From positions 23,188,001 to 23,252,000 of the forward strand of contig NC_083227.1 in assembly GCF_032191835.1 (NCBI RefSeq): 64,000 nt of DNA, in the 5' to 3' direction. Every line of letters begins with the position of its first letter. Position 1 is the stretch's first letter. Under the pieces are notes generated by a model. It worked only from the letters and a program-made list of their open reading frames with translations. It made no database searches and was not told where the DNA came from. Origin of the DNA: Heteronotia binoei (taxonomy: Eukaryota). A program made the position numbers and the translations under genes. Below are positions 1-11,168 of the stretch, one piece after another.

Positions 1-1404
1 CTACAAAGCGACAGCTAAAGAGGTTCCTCGGCCTAGTGGGGTATTACAGCCAGTTCATACCCCACTATGCCACCCGAGCTACCTTGTTGATGAACACGCT
101 ACACAAGTGAAGCCTAAACCAGATTGAATGGACCCCCGGACGCCTCGAGGCATTCTGCTGACTTCGGTGGGCGCTCTCAGATACCACCAACTCCACGCTC
201 CCGATTTTGATCAACTCTTCTGAGTTTATATGGATGCCTCCAAGATGGGGCTCAGGGCCGTCCTGGCCCAGGTGGTGAACAACCAAGTCACCATCATGTT
301 CTTAAGCCAGAAACTGAGCCCAGCAGATCAAAAATACTCCACGGTAGAGCAGGAGGCTCTAGCCATCAAATGGGCCGTAGCGGTGTTGCAGTATTAAATG
401 ACCAACAACCCGTTCTACTTCGTGACCAATCATGCCCCCTTGTAATGGCTGCATTGCATGAAGGACCATAACCAGTGAGTCCTTCGATGGTACTTTTCTC
501 TTTTGCCTTTTAGGTTTACCATCCGCCACCAGGCCAGCAAGTGGTATCTCCACGCCGACTGTCTCTCCAGGCTCTACAAGGATGAAGTCAACCCCAAGGG
601 GACTCCCAAGGAGAGGGGATGTCTGGGGCCCAGGCCCCTGTCCTCTCTCCAGGGTCTCCTGGGCAGGAGGTCCGATTCCTCTGCGACTAACAAGAGTTAA
701 ACCCCATCCAGCGTCAGCTGGGGAGATGCAACTTCCAGTGTCATGCCCCCCCCTGCATACTGCGGGTTTAGCACCCTGGCTGATGAAGGAAGAGTGTTCA
801 CCTGTATCCAACAGGGATTGGCTGAAGGCGAGGGAGGAGGTGGTGTTGATGGGGATTTCGCTGACAAGCAGGGAGGTGCTGTCGGGGAGGAAGAGCCCAC
901 GGCTTACTCCAGGAACGTTACACAGAGAGAAGGAGGGGTAACAGGAGTAAGACCCGGGAGGAGCCAGGCAAGGAAAAAGGGTGAAGCTAACCCCCTTGCC
1001 GGCCTTCATTCTGAGGCAGAGTCCAGCTCGGCAGTGGATCCCCAGACCTGGTTCCGGCTGCCTAAGCCAGAATTCGAGCTCAGCTTCTCGGATGGCTGGC
1101 AGGGCTCAGGGGACGAGCAGCATTTGTTGGGCAGCCTCCCAATGACGCTTTTGCTGGCTGGACTCTGGGGGCCCAGCCATGCCTGTACGGGGACCTCGCA
1201 ATGTTGCATGTGCTGACAAGACTCCAGAGGCCCAGCCGCTCCTGCGCAGGGGACACCCTACATCGCACGTGCCAGCCGGACTCTGGGTGCCCAGCCACAC
1301 CTGTGTGGAGGCCTCCCTATGTCATGCGCTGTTGGGACTCCGTGGGGCAGTTTTACAGGTGAGTTGTTCCCATCCCTTTTCTTTCTCTCTTTCTTCACTA
1401 CACC
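1..1404 (+). mobile_element. Gmr1-like Ty3/Gypsy remnant, 3' part (RT end, RNase H, PPT, LTR); copy A
   Basis: Decayed RT/RNase H text (LSQKLSPADQKYSTVEQEALAIKWAV; HADCLSRL). Polypurine tract AAGGAGAGGGGA at 608-619, then TG-starting LTR-like sequence at 620. Paralogous to 40011-41295. The LTR end is approximate, and a second TGTCA start at 738 may be a nested LTR. Confidence 0.8.
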
Positions 1405-1496
1405 ATGCTGCTCTTGTGATTGAGTAGTGTGTTAGAATTTGATTTTCTTTCTGGGATGGCTATATATTTATGGCTATATACCATACCTCAAAAAAT

Positions 1497-1610
1497 ATAT
1501 TGGTGATGTCAGAGGTGTGGCCTAGTATGCAAATGACGGTGATGTCAGAGGTGTGGCCTCACATACTAATGTACTAATGAGTTCCTGCTGGGCTTTTTCT
1601 ACAAAAAAGC
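1497..1610. mobile_element. Short interspersed repeat containing an octamer motif (probable non-autonomous element)
   Basis: The core GGTGATGTCAGAGGTGTGGCCTA..ATGCAAAT..GAGTTCCTGCTGGGCTTTTTCTAC recurs inverted at about 36530-36592 and 38365-38455 and directly at about 41393-41500. Confidence 0.6.
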
Positions 1611-1734
1611 CGTGGATGGATGGACGGACGGACAGACAGACAGAAAGACATGACCAGTTTGCTTTTCAAGGTGGAAACCTTCCATTATTGGTAGGAGTTG
1701 GACTATGTGAAAAAAAGATCCTCCTTCACGCAGC

Positions 1735-2018
1735 AAAAGAAGAAGAAGAAGATATTGGATTTATGTCCCGCCCTATACTCTGAATCTCATAGTCTCAGAG
1801 CGGTCACAATTTCCTTTACTTTCTCCCCCCACAACAGACACCCTGTGAGGTGGGTGGGGCTGGAGAGCTCTCACAGAAGCTTCGCTTTCAAGGACAACTC
1901 CTACGAGAGCTATGGCCGACCCAAAGCCATTCCAGCAGATGCAAGTGGAGGAGTGGGGAATCAAACCCGGTTCTCCCAGATAAAAGTCCGCACACTTAAC
2001 CACTACACCAAACTAGCT
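1735..2018 (-). mobile_element. tRNA-derived SINE with L2-like tail
   Basis: The minus strand starts AGCTAGTTTGGTGTAGTGGTTAAG (A box) and GGTTTGATTCC (B box), and ends GGGCGGGACATAAATCCAATATC(TTC)n. Paralog at 41643-41926. Confidence 0.8.
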
Positions 2019-2132
2019 AAGATGCTCCAGCAGATGGATGCTCAAGTTGGGTTCTGGTTCTGGGGTAAGGCCTCTGCTGTTGCCAGTGTGGTTGTCATGG
2101 CAGAGAAAGGGAAAGCAAGGACCACCAGGTCT

Positions 2133-2312
2133 TAATGTTCCCTGAAAGATGAGTTAACATGAACTAGCTCACAGTTGTTTGGCTTCCGGCTCACATATTT
2201 TTGTCTTATGGCCCCAGAGAAAAGTAATTTATGAAGTAGCTCACCACTTTAATGCACGTGGCTCACAAAGCAGAATTTTTGCTCACAGGACTCCACAGCT
2301 TACAGGGAGTAC
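2133..2312. mobile_element. hAT-type MITE (CAGTGTTCCC-like TIR family), decayed
   Basis: Inverted homolog of the 3460-3650 MITE. Paralog at about 42045-42197 keeps the CAGTGTTCCC end. Confidence 0.7.
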
Positions 2313-2952
2313 CCTTAATTCAGTCCCATTTGCCTGGTCACAGCTTCAAGCTTGAACCTTACGTTACTGTTAATGGAGAAATCTAAAAATGAATTGGATA
2401 AATTAAAAACAGAAATCACTGATTTGGTCACAGCTCCAGCCACGCTAATATTTCCTGAAGTTTCTTCTTCCTGGAAAGTTTGGGCACACTCACATGATGA
2501 ACTCACATGACCCTTCATAGTGGTGAGTTCTTGTAAATATGTTTTTCCATCTCAGCACCTGGCTTCAAACCCCAAGAGAGAGTCTTGGATGGTGGGTATT
2601 CTGTCCCTTCCATCCAAATCGTGGTGATTTATTCTGATTCTTAGCAAAGCTCCAGGGATTTCTCTGAAGTTCACTTGGAAACTAGCAAGGTAAACCTTGG
2701 AACCAAGAGCAAGAGGATGTAATGTCTTGCAACAGGCCTGGGAAGCCTGGTGCATAAAAGCTTTTTGTCTCAATGAGTTCAGGGGGTGAGATCTCTGGGG
2801 TTGGGGGGACTGTGTCCCTGTGAAGCTATCAGTCTGATTCAGCCTGGGCTGGACTGCTCAAGTGACTGCAGCTGTGATCTTGCCAGGGGCTCCTGCAGCT
2901 TCTTCAGGCAGTCTTTGAGAGAAGGTTACTGGGACAGGAAAGCTGCAAGAAG

Positions 2953-3182
2953 ATGGAGAGTATGATCTTGCCTCTCCTTCTGCTGCAGCTGCTTCTTACA
3001 GCTTGAGTGGTGGGGGGTGGCAAATGCCCATTTATTGTGACAATGGATGAGATCGAGCCCTTTAATTACTTCCGAACAGGAGACTATCTTGTTGCTGGAC
3101 TTGTCACTTCAATATGTACTAGCATGATCTCATTACAAACCTTCCGGGAGCCTCCCTTTTCTCCTTCCTTTTTAAATAAGAG
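2953..3182 (+). CDS. Vmn2r: V2R-A exon 1 (signal peptide, TGA at codon 18, GC donor)
   Basis: Reads MESMILPLLLLQLLLTA*VVGGGKC...YFRTGDYLVAGLV. Ends AAG AG|GCAAGT in phase 2, matching exon 2. Confidence 0.85.
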
Positions 3183-3459
3183 GCAAGTCAGCCCTTGGTG
3201 AACTTTTTAATCATATATGATGGTGGGACAGGGTTTTGCTGTATTTCTTACTAACAAATGCCACTTTGCTTCTATCTCCTGCATGTGATGTGACTAAAAT
3301 ATTGCTAAGTGTTTTTTCACTGCTAAGAATCTGGGAGTAAAGCATTTTATAATGTACTCTCAAATTGAAGAAGAAAGACATGGATTTGATCAGATCACTA
3401 CCGTGGCTCTTTGAATGTCCAAATGGAGACAGAGAGGCTCCAGTGGGGTGGTTTGTAAG

Positions 3460-3650
3460 CAATGTTCACTCTAAGCTGCAGAGTCCTGTGAGCAAAAGTT
3501 CTGCTTTGTGAGCTACTGGCACTCAAGTTGTGAGCTACTGCATAAATTAGTGTGCTCTGTGGTCGTCCTTGAGTTAAGAGAAAAATGTTTGAGCTGGAGG
3601 CTAAAAATCTGTGAGATAGCTCACACTAGCTCAGCTTAGAGGAAACACTG
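3460..3650. mobile_element. hAT MITE, 191 bp, in V2R intron 1
   Basis: 19-bp imperfect TIRs CAATGTTCACTCTAAGCTG / CAGCTTAGAGGAAACACTG. 8-bp TSD TTTGTAAG at 3452-3459 and 3651-3658. Confidence 0.9.
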
Positions 3651-4008
3651 TTTGTAAGCCTCAAACAGAAACAGATTACCTGAATACTGTCTTTCCATAA
3701 TGACTGGAAGGAGGATTAAAGCCCACTCCTATGTAGGTTTAGGGAAGTGTAAACTCTTGAAATCAGGGGGACTTGCATATTTTATTTAAAAAAAAAGTAT
3801 TAAAATCAGATTGCCAGTGATTATCTGACAGGACATCTTTCATGTCAAATTTCAGCTCCTGTTTCACTGACTAGTCACATCTAATAAACCTAACTGTAAA
3901 CCAGTCAAAGCTGCACCAGTCGTAGAAAGAAGTAGCTACATTTCCACAGGTGCCTTGGCACTGGAATACTGCCCCAAAAGATCCTGTGTGAAATGCCATC
4001 AAGGTGCT

Positions 4009-4220
4009 GGGACTGTGGCTCAATGGAAGAGCCTCTGCTCTGCATATAGAAGGGCCCAGTTTCAATCCCTGGCCTCTCCAGTTATAAAGGACCAGATAGT
4101 GGGTGATGTGAAAGGCCTCAGCCTGAGATCCTGGAGAGCCACTGCCAGTCTGGGTAGACAGTTCTGACTTTGATGGAGCAGAGGTCAGAGTCAGTCAAAA
4201 GCAGCTTCATGTGTTTTCAT
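4009..4220 (+). mobile_element. tRNA-derived SINE (second family)
   Basis: Head GGGACTGTGGCTCAATGG and B-box-like GTTTCAATCCC. The body is shared with 34240-34452 (minus) and 43872-44083. Confidence 0.8.
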
Positions 4221-4384
4221 GCATGTTCACTTTCTTGGCTGCCACAAACTCACCCAGATGTCAAACAGAACAAATCTCTGTATTATCATCACTACAAACC
4301 ACCACAACTGCTTCTGCCCATATCAGGTAAGGCATCAGCAACACATCCCTAAACAATATGACACGTGTATATATTTCCTGGCAG

Positions 4385-4673
4385 AAAACGAGGTCTGATT
4401 TGGCACCGCCTTGCCTTCTCATTGGCCATTCAGGAGATTAACCAGAGTCCCAAACTCTTACCAAATAATACCACCCTCGGCTACACCGTCTATGAGAAAA
4501 AATTTCATCCCAGGGTGACGAATGATGCTTTGATAGACCTGCTATCTGCCCAGGAGACTATTCCAAACTACAAATGCGGCAGAAAGAATAATCTCTTGGC
4601 TGTTCTTGAAGGATCTGAATGTGACGTCTCCACTGATGTTTCAACACTCTTGAGTACCTACAAAGTTCCTCAG
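4385..4673 (+). CDS. Vmn2r: V2R-A exon 2
   Basis: Acceptor ttcctggcag|, reads HRLAFSLAIQEINQSPKLLPNNTTLGY...YKVPQ, donor |gtatga. 289 nt. Confidence 0.92.
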
Positions 4674-5744
4674 GTATGAACAGAGAATGGGGCCAGTGTC
4701 TCTGAAGACAACCGATAGACTTTGAAATGTTTCTGACATAGATGAAAACCAGCTTTTAGGAAAGTTGGGAGGGGTCTGAGAAAGGATTCAGGTCCTCTGT
4801 TGGTTCATCTGCATCCCTCCTTACAAAGGTTTTACATGGTTTTGAAACAGTCTTTGTTGACTTGGGGGAGAAGCAGGTACACAGCAAAGAAACTCTCTTC
4901 AAAAAGGGAATGTCTTTCTTAGATGGCTTATATGCATCTTCTTTCAGAAGTGGAAAATTTCTGGAATAGGCAGCCAGGCACAGTGATTGAAAGGCCTACC
5001 TGGAGGTCTCCCCCTGCATCAGTCAGTGGGTCAAGGACTGGATGCCCAAATGGAGACAAAGTGGGCTATGGAAATCTAGGAATATAGGAGTATGGGAATC
5101 TAGGAATATTGACAGCTAGAGCCTCATTAAAGGAAAAAAGTTTAAAGATTAAAATTATTTTGTGAGGGAGAAATTTCTCTATCAATATCATTTGCATTCC
5201 CCATCCCCCCAGAAGTTGGTTTTCCCTCCTAAGGATGTTTTTTCCAGGATACCTTCCCAATGCCTTGGTGAGGGTTACGGACCTCGGGGTGTTGTGACTC
5301 AAAGTCATCCTTAGGGCAGAACTGAAAAGGCCACTAGAATGTGTGAGATTTCCATCAGAAAATTTCTGGGCCAGAAACAATCCCTGCCGTACAAGGGTTT
5401 CCTTATATCATCATTAAGTTATATGAGGCATTTTGTTATTTACTGACATTAATGGAGTAATTAGATAACATCTTAAGGACCACCGACAGATAGACCAAAT
5501 TAAGAGATTAATAGGAACTGAATTACCCGCTGAAGAAGTTGTGAACTGCCTGTTTTTTGAATAGCACCATAATGTTATATTTTATGGATCTTTTTCCTTT
5601 AAAAAAATATTTTAGTATATCATCTTTTTCTAGTCATTTGTTAGCTGCCCTGAGTCCATTCGTGAAAACGTCGGGATATAAATCTAAAGTAAATTAAAAA
5701 GTAGGTGATGAAATCAAAGGTGTCCTTTTTTTTTTTTGCATTAG

Positions 5745-6578
5745 GTCAGTCATGATGTTGATTTGGCAGTTCTTAAGGATAAAACTCGGTTTCCTTTCTT
5801 CTACCAAATGGCCCGAAAGGAAGAAGCCCAATACCTGGGAATTGTCAAACTGCTCTTGCATTTCCGATGGACGTGGGTCGGTCTCCTTACTTCAGGCAGT
5901 GAGAGTGGGGAAAAATTCAAGAGCATCTTAACACCTCTCATGCTCAAGAGCGGCATCTGTGTTGCCTTTGCAGACGGCATCTCAGAACATGGTGTTGTTT
6001 CCAGGACCAGGTCAGAAGAAAGAATGCAACACTTTATTTCATTCCTCATTCAAGGCCAAGTAAATGTATTTGTTTTCTACGGAGATGTTAAATACATAGT
6101 AAACTTTGAAGTAGCCATACACATGGTTGAACATAAAATGAATGTCAATTTTCATACAGTTTGGATCACAACGCTTTTGTTGCACTCCCTCTTAAGCTTG
6201 GGCTGTCTTTCTTCTCCTCTTGCATTATCCATGCATGGATCTCTCTCTGTCATGATCCAAGCAAACAAAAGGAGGATATATCATTATTTACAAGTCTGTA
6301 ACCCTCTAGTTCAGGAGTTCGTGGAGAAAGCATATGATTCCTTCTACTCAAAGCCCATTCTGACTGTGAGAGGCCACCTGAGATGCAGAGAGAAAGAAAG
6401 GCTGGAGGACAGGGGCTGGAAGGTCCTGAAAGAATACCTGCCTCCCAGAGCCAGCAATATTTACACCTCAATCCATGCGGTGGCACAGGCCTTATATGCT
6501 GCTTACTCATCCAGGTCTGAGAGAAGGAAAAAGACTGGTGGAGAAAGACAAGAACATGAACCCATACAGCCTTGGCAG
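5745..6578 (+). CDS. Vmn2r: V2R-A exon 3 (Venus flytrap domain)
   Basis: Acceptor after a T tract, reads LKDKTRFPFFYQM...GIVKLLLHFRWTWVGL...IHAVAQAL...IQPWQ, donor |gtatcc. 834 nt, open. Confidence 0.93.
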
Positions 6579-6630
6579 GTATCCCTTTTCTGTCAATTAA
6601 GAATAATAATTGGAAGTTCTTCTTTGAAAG

Positions 6631-7985
6631 TAAGTAAGTAAAGTAAGTAAAGTAAAATTTTATTTATATCCCGCCCTCCCCCGCCAAGCAGGCTCAGGGC
6701 GGCTAACAACAGCAAAACAACAATACATTTAACAAAACATTAAATTAACCCCAAACCGATTAATACATTAGTTAAAACAGTTACTAAGTCTAAAAACATT
6801 AGGTTAGATCTGACAGTACCGTTATTAATCGACGCTATGCCTGTCAGTTTGTGAATGATGGCGGATCTCCAGACTGGACCATTTTGATGTTTCTTTGTGG
6901 ACTTGGTCAGCCGTTCATGAATGCCTGTTTGAAAAGGGTGGTCTTGCAGGCCCTGCGGAACTGATCAAGGTTCCGCAGGGCCCGCACCTCCTCTGGGAGT
7001 TGATTCCACAAGGAAGGGGCCGCGGTAGAGAAGGCCCGTGCATAGGTAGTCCGAAGTTTAACTTCTTTTGGCCCAGGGGTGGTCAATCTGTTTTTACCTA
7101 CTGACCTCAGTGCTCTCTGGGGCTCATACGGGGAGAGACGGTCCCTCAGGTAGGTCGGTCCTCGGCCATATAGGGCTTTAAAGGTAATCACCAGCACTTT
7201 GTACTGGACCCGGTATACAATCGGCAGCCAGTGCAGTTCGCGCAGCCCCGGCCGTATATGCTCCCATCTTGAGAGGCCAAGCAGCAGCCTGGCTGCCGCG
7301 TTCTGCACTAGCTGCAATCTCCGGGTCTGGCACAGAGGCAGCCCCATGTAGAGGGCGTTACAGTAGTCCAATCTTGAGGTGACCGTCGCATGGATCACCG
7401 TTGCTAGGTCCCGGCGCTCTAGGAAGGGGGCCAACTGCCTCGCCCGCTTCAGATGAAAGAATGCTGACTTGGCAGTGGCTGTTATCTGGGCCTCCATTGA
7501 TAATGAAGGCTCCAGTAAAACACCCAAGCTCTTTACCCGCTGCGCCGCCGTCAGCGGCGCACCGTCAAAAGTCGGGAGAGATATTTCCCTCCCCAGAGCG
7601 CCACAACCCACACAGAGAACCTCTGTCTTCGCTGGGTTCAGCTTCAGCCCACTCAGCCTAAGCCATGTTGCAACAGCCTGTAGGGCCTGATCCAGGCTCC
7701 CCGGGGCAGAGGCGGGCCGGCCGTCCATTAGCAGATAGAGCTGGGTGTCATCTGCATATTGATGGCAACCCAGCCCAAACCTCCGGACAAACTGGGCAAG
7801 AGGGCGCATATAGATGTTAAATAACATCGGGGAGAGAACTGCTCCCTGGGGCACCCCACAATCTAGTGTGCGCCTCTGGGATTGTTCACCCCCAATTGCC
7901 ACCCTTTGTCCCCGACCCATGAGGAAGGAGGAAAGCCATTGTAAGGCCAACCCCCTAACCCCTATGTCGGCGAGGCGGATGATTG
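6631..7985 (-). mobile_element. L2-clade LINE, 5'-truncated, copy-A specific
   Basis: ORF 6907-7950 has RT motifs (GVPQGAVLSP, YADDTQLY, RLDYCNALY). Simple-repeat tail at about 6631-6660. The empty site ctttgaaag|gatgattgtgg is at 46462-46481. Confidence 0.9.
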
Positions 7986-8356
7986 GATGATTGTGGATGT
8001 ACAGTGCAGTGGTAGAAGGACAGTTTATTGGATAGTCTCAGGCAGAGCTAAAAGGAGCTAAAAGGAGCATCAGGTATGTGTGTTTAGGAGAAATCTTGGG
8101 GTATTCAAACACTGTCAAGGTCTGATGATATTCCCCAGACATCAATCTATCCAATACAACACTCGCCATATTCTTGTAACCACATCTAATTGATATAGCA
8201 ACATTCTAAAAGAGCAACATTATTCATCTTTTGTTACTGGTGTGTAGATGAAGCTAAGAGAGAGCAACCTGCTTAATATCACATGAACAAAAAGCATGTG
8301 AACCAAATGTTTGAAGAACCCCCACTCCTGCTTTTTGTCATAGATCTCAACCAGTT

Positions 8357-11168
8357 AAGAACATAAGAACATAAGAGAAGCTATGTTAGATCAGGCCAAT
8401 GGCCCATCCAGTCCAACACTGTGTCACACAGTGGCCAAAAAAAATTATATATATATATATATACACATACACACTGTGGCCACACTAATAGCCACTGATG
8501 GACCTCTGCTCCATATTTTTATCTAACCCCCTCTTGAAGGTGGCTATGCTTGTGGCTGCCACCACCTCCTGTGGCAGTGAATTCCGCATGTTAATCCCTC
8601 TTTGGGTGAAGAAGTACTTCCTTTTATCCATTTTAACCTGTCTGCTCAGGAATTTCATCGAATGCCAACGAGTTCTTGTATTGTGAGAAAGGGAGAAAAG
8701 TACTTTTTTCTCTACTTTCTCCATCCCAAGCATTATCTTGTAAAGCTCTATCATGTCACCCCTCAGTTGACGTTTCTCCAAGCTAAAGAGCCCCAAGTGT
8801 TTCAACCTTTCTTCATAGGGAAAGTGCTCCAGCCCTTTAATCATTCTAGTTGCCCTTTTCTGGACTTTCTCCAGTGCTATAATATTCTTTTTGAGGTGCG
8901 GCGATCAGAACTGCACACAGTACTCCAAATGAGACCGCACCATCGATATATACAGAGGTATTATGATACTGGCTGATTTGTTTTCAATTCCCTTCCTAAT
9001 AATTCCCAGCATGGCATTGGCCTTTTTTATTGCAAATGCACACTGTCTTGACATTTTCAGTGAGTTATCTACCACGACCCCAAGATCTCTCTCTTGGTCA
9101 GTCTCTGCCAGTTCACACCCCATCAACTTGTATTTATAGCTGGGATTCTTGGCCCCAATGTGCATGACTTTGTGTAGCATCGATCCAAAAACAATACCAG
9201 TTTTAGATCCACAAAAGGACCTGTCCTTTTACTCCATGACTCTCGAGCTATCTAAGGAGACTTTGATGAGGAACTTTATCAAAAGCTTTCTGGAAGTCAA
9301 GGTAAACAACATCTATCGGGTCTCCTTCATCCACATGTTTGTTCACCCCCTCAAAGAAATGTAACAGGTTAGTGAGGCAAGATCTTCCCTTACAGAACCC
9401 ATGCTGAGTCTTCCTCAATAACCCGTGTTCATCAATGTGCCTACTCATTCTGTCCTTGATAATGGTTTCTACCAACTTTCCCAGTATTGAAGTCAGACTG
9501 ACTGGCCTGTAATTTCCCAGATCTTCTCTGGAACCCTTTTTAAAGATGGGGGTGACATTTGCTACCTTCCAGTCCTCAGGAACGGAGGCAGATTTCAATG
9601 AAAAATTACAGATTTTTGTTAGAAGATCCACAAGTTCAACTTTCAGTTCTTTCAGAACTCTCGGATGTATGCCATCCGGACCCGGTGACTTATTATTTTT
9701 TAATTCGTCTATCAGTTGTAGGAGCTCTTCTTTTGTCACTTCAATCTGACTCAGGTCTTTCAACACCCCTTCCAAAATTAGTGGTTCTGGGGCGGGCAAA
9801 AAGTTTTCATCTTCCACAGTGAAGACGGAGGCAAAAAATGCATCCAGCTTCTCAGCCATTTCCCTATCCTCCTTCAGTAATCCTTTTACCCCATGGTCAT
9901 ACAAGGGCCCCACTGCCTCCCTGGCTGGTTTCCTGCTTCTAATATATTTGAAGAAATTTTTATTGTTGGTCTTTATGTTTTTTGCAATATGCTCCTCATA
10001 GTCCCTTTTTGCCTGCCTGATCACAGTCTTGCATTTGATTTGCCACAGCCTGTGTTCCCTTTTATTAATCTCACTTGGACTGGTTTTCCACCGCTTAAAG
10101 GAGTCCTTCTTACCTTTTTCAGCTTCCATTACTTTATTTGTTACCCATGAAGGCCTTTTCTTATGCCTGTTTGTGCCTTTCCTAACTTGTGGTATGTATT
10201 TTATCTGAGCTTCTAGGATTATAGTTTTAAATAGTCTCCAAGCTTCCCCAAGGGTTTTGACCGTATTTACCTTTCCTTTCAGTTTCCTCCTCACATGCCT
10301 CCTCATCTCAGAGAATTTACCCCTTTTAAAGTTAAACGTGGTTGTGACGGTCTTTTTGGGCAACTCCCTATTTATACAAACGGTGAAATCAATAACATTA
10401 TGGTCACTTCTTCCAAGTGTCGCAATCACTTTTACATCTCTCACCAAGTCTTGGGCATTACTTAGGACCAAATCCAGGCTCACCCCACCCCTGGTAGGTT
10501 CTTAGACCATCTGCTCCATAGCACAGTCATTGAGAGCATCAAGAAACTCAATCTCTTTCTCTCGACCAGAACGCATATTGACCCAATCAATCTGCGGGTA
10601 AAAATCACCTATTATGACACAGTTTTTACGTTTAGCCGCTATCTTTAAACCTTCTATCATATTATAATTGTTCTCTCTCTTTTGATTTGGTGGGCGATAA
10701 CAAACTCCCATAGTTAAATTTCCTTTTGGGCCCTCTATTTCAACCCAAAGCTTTTCTAAAAGGGAATCTAATTCTCTGACCTCAGTCTTACTGGACCGTA
10801 TATCCTCTCTGACATACAGAGCCACCCCACCTCCAACCCTTCCCTCCCTATCCTTCCGATATAACTTATATCCAGGAATCACCGTGTCCCACTAATTCTC
10901 CTCATTCCACCAAGTTTCTGAAATTCCCACAATGTCTATGTTTTCTCCCAACACTAAACATTGCAATTCACCAATTTTACTTCGAACACTTCTAGCATTT
11001 GCATTAAAAATATCTATAATTTCCCAGGCAAGCTAGGCCCGCCGCCTTCCTCCTGCCGCCTCGAGACTCTGGCAGACAGTCCATACTGTTAGTCACCATC
11101 ACAGTGGACAACTCTGATCCGTTACCCGGTAGAAAAATAGCAACCAACCCTTCAATAGCAGCCAACCC
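8357..11168 (-). mobile_element. CR1 LINE (endonuclease and RT, disrupted), copy-A specific
   Basis: Endonuclease fragment 10502-10882 and RT 9248-10483 (SPGPDGIHPRVLKEL, YLDFQKAFDKVPH). CR1 tail (TTCTTATG)n. The empty site caaccagttgaagagg is near 46825-46840. Confidence 0.92.

Noticed and set aside
743-1216. 157-aa ORF with a 176-aa counterpart at 40788-41318
   Set aside because: It lies in LTR-like DNA, the starts and C-termini differ between copies, and no domain is recognisable.
1950-2018. tRNA-like sequences here and at 4009, 34400 and 54130
   Set aside because: These are SINE heads and an 18-nt primer-binding site, not complete cloverleaf tRNA genes.
3004-3006. TGA read as selenocysteine
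   Set aside because: V2Rs are not selenoproteins, the position is a signal-peptide boundary, and I could not identify a SECIS after 24783. SECISearch3 would settle it.
2980-3010. Cryptic acceptor (ttcttacag at 3000-3001) as a way to bypass the stop
   Set aside because: The TGA lies downstream of this AG and stays in the receptor frame.
5066-5115. ~21-bp tandem repeat (TATGG(A/G)AATCTAGGAATA) in intron 2
   Set aside because: A two-unit local duplication shared by both copies, with no sign of function.
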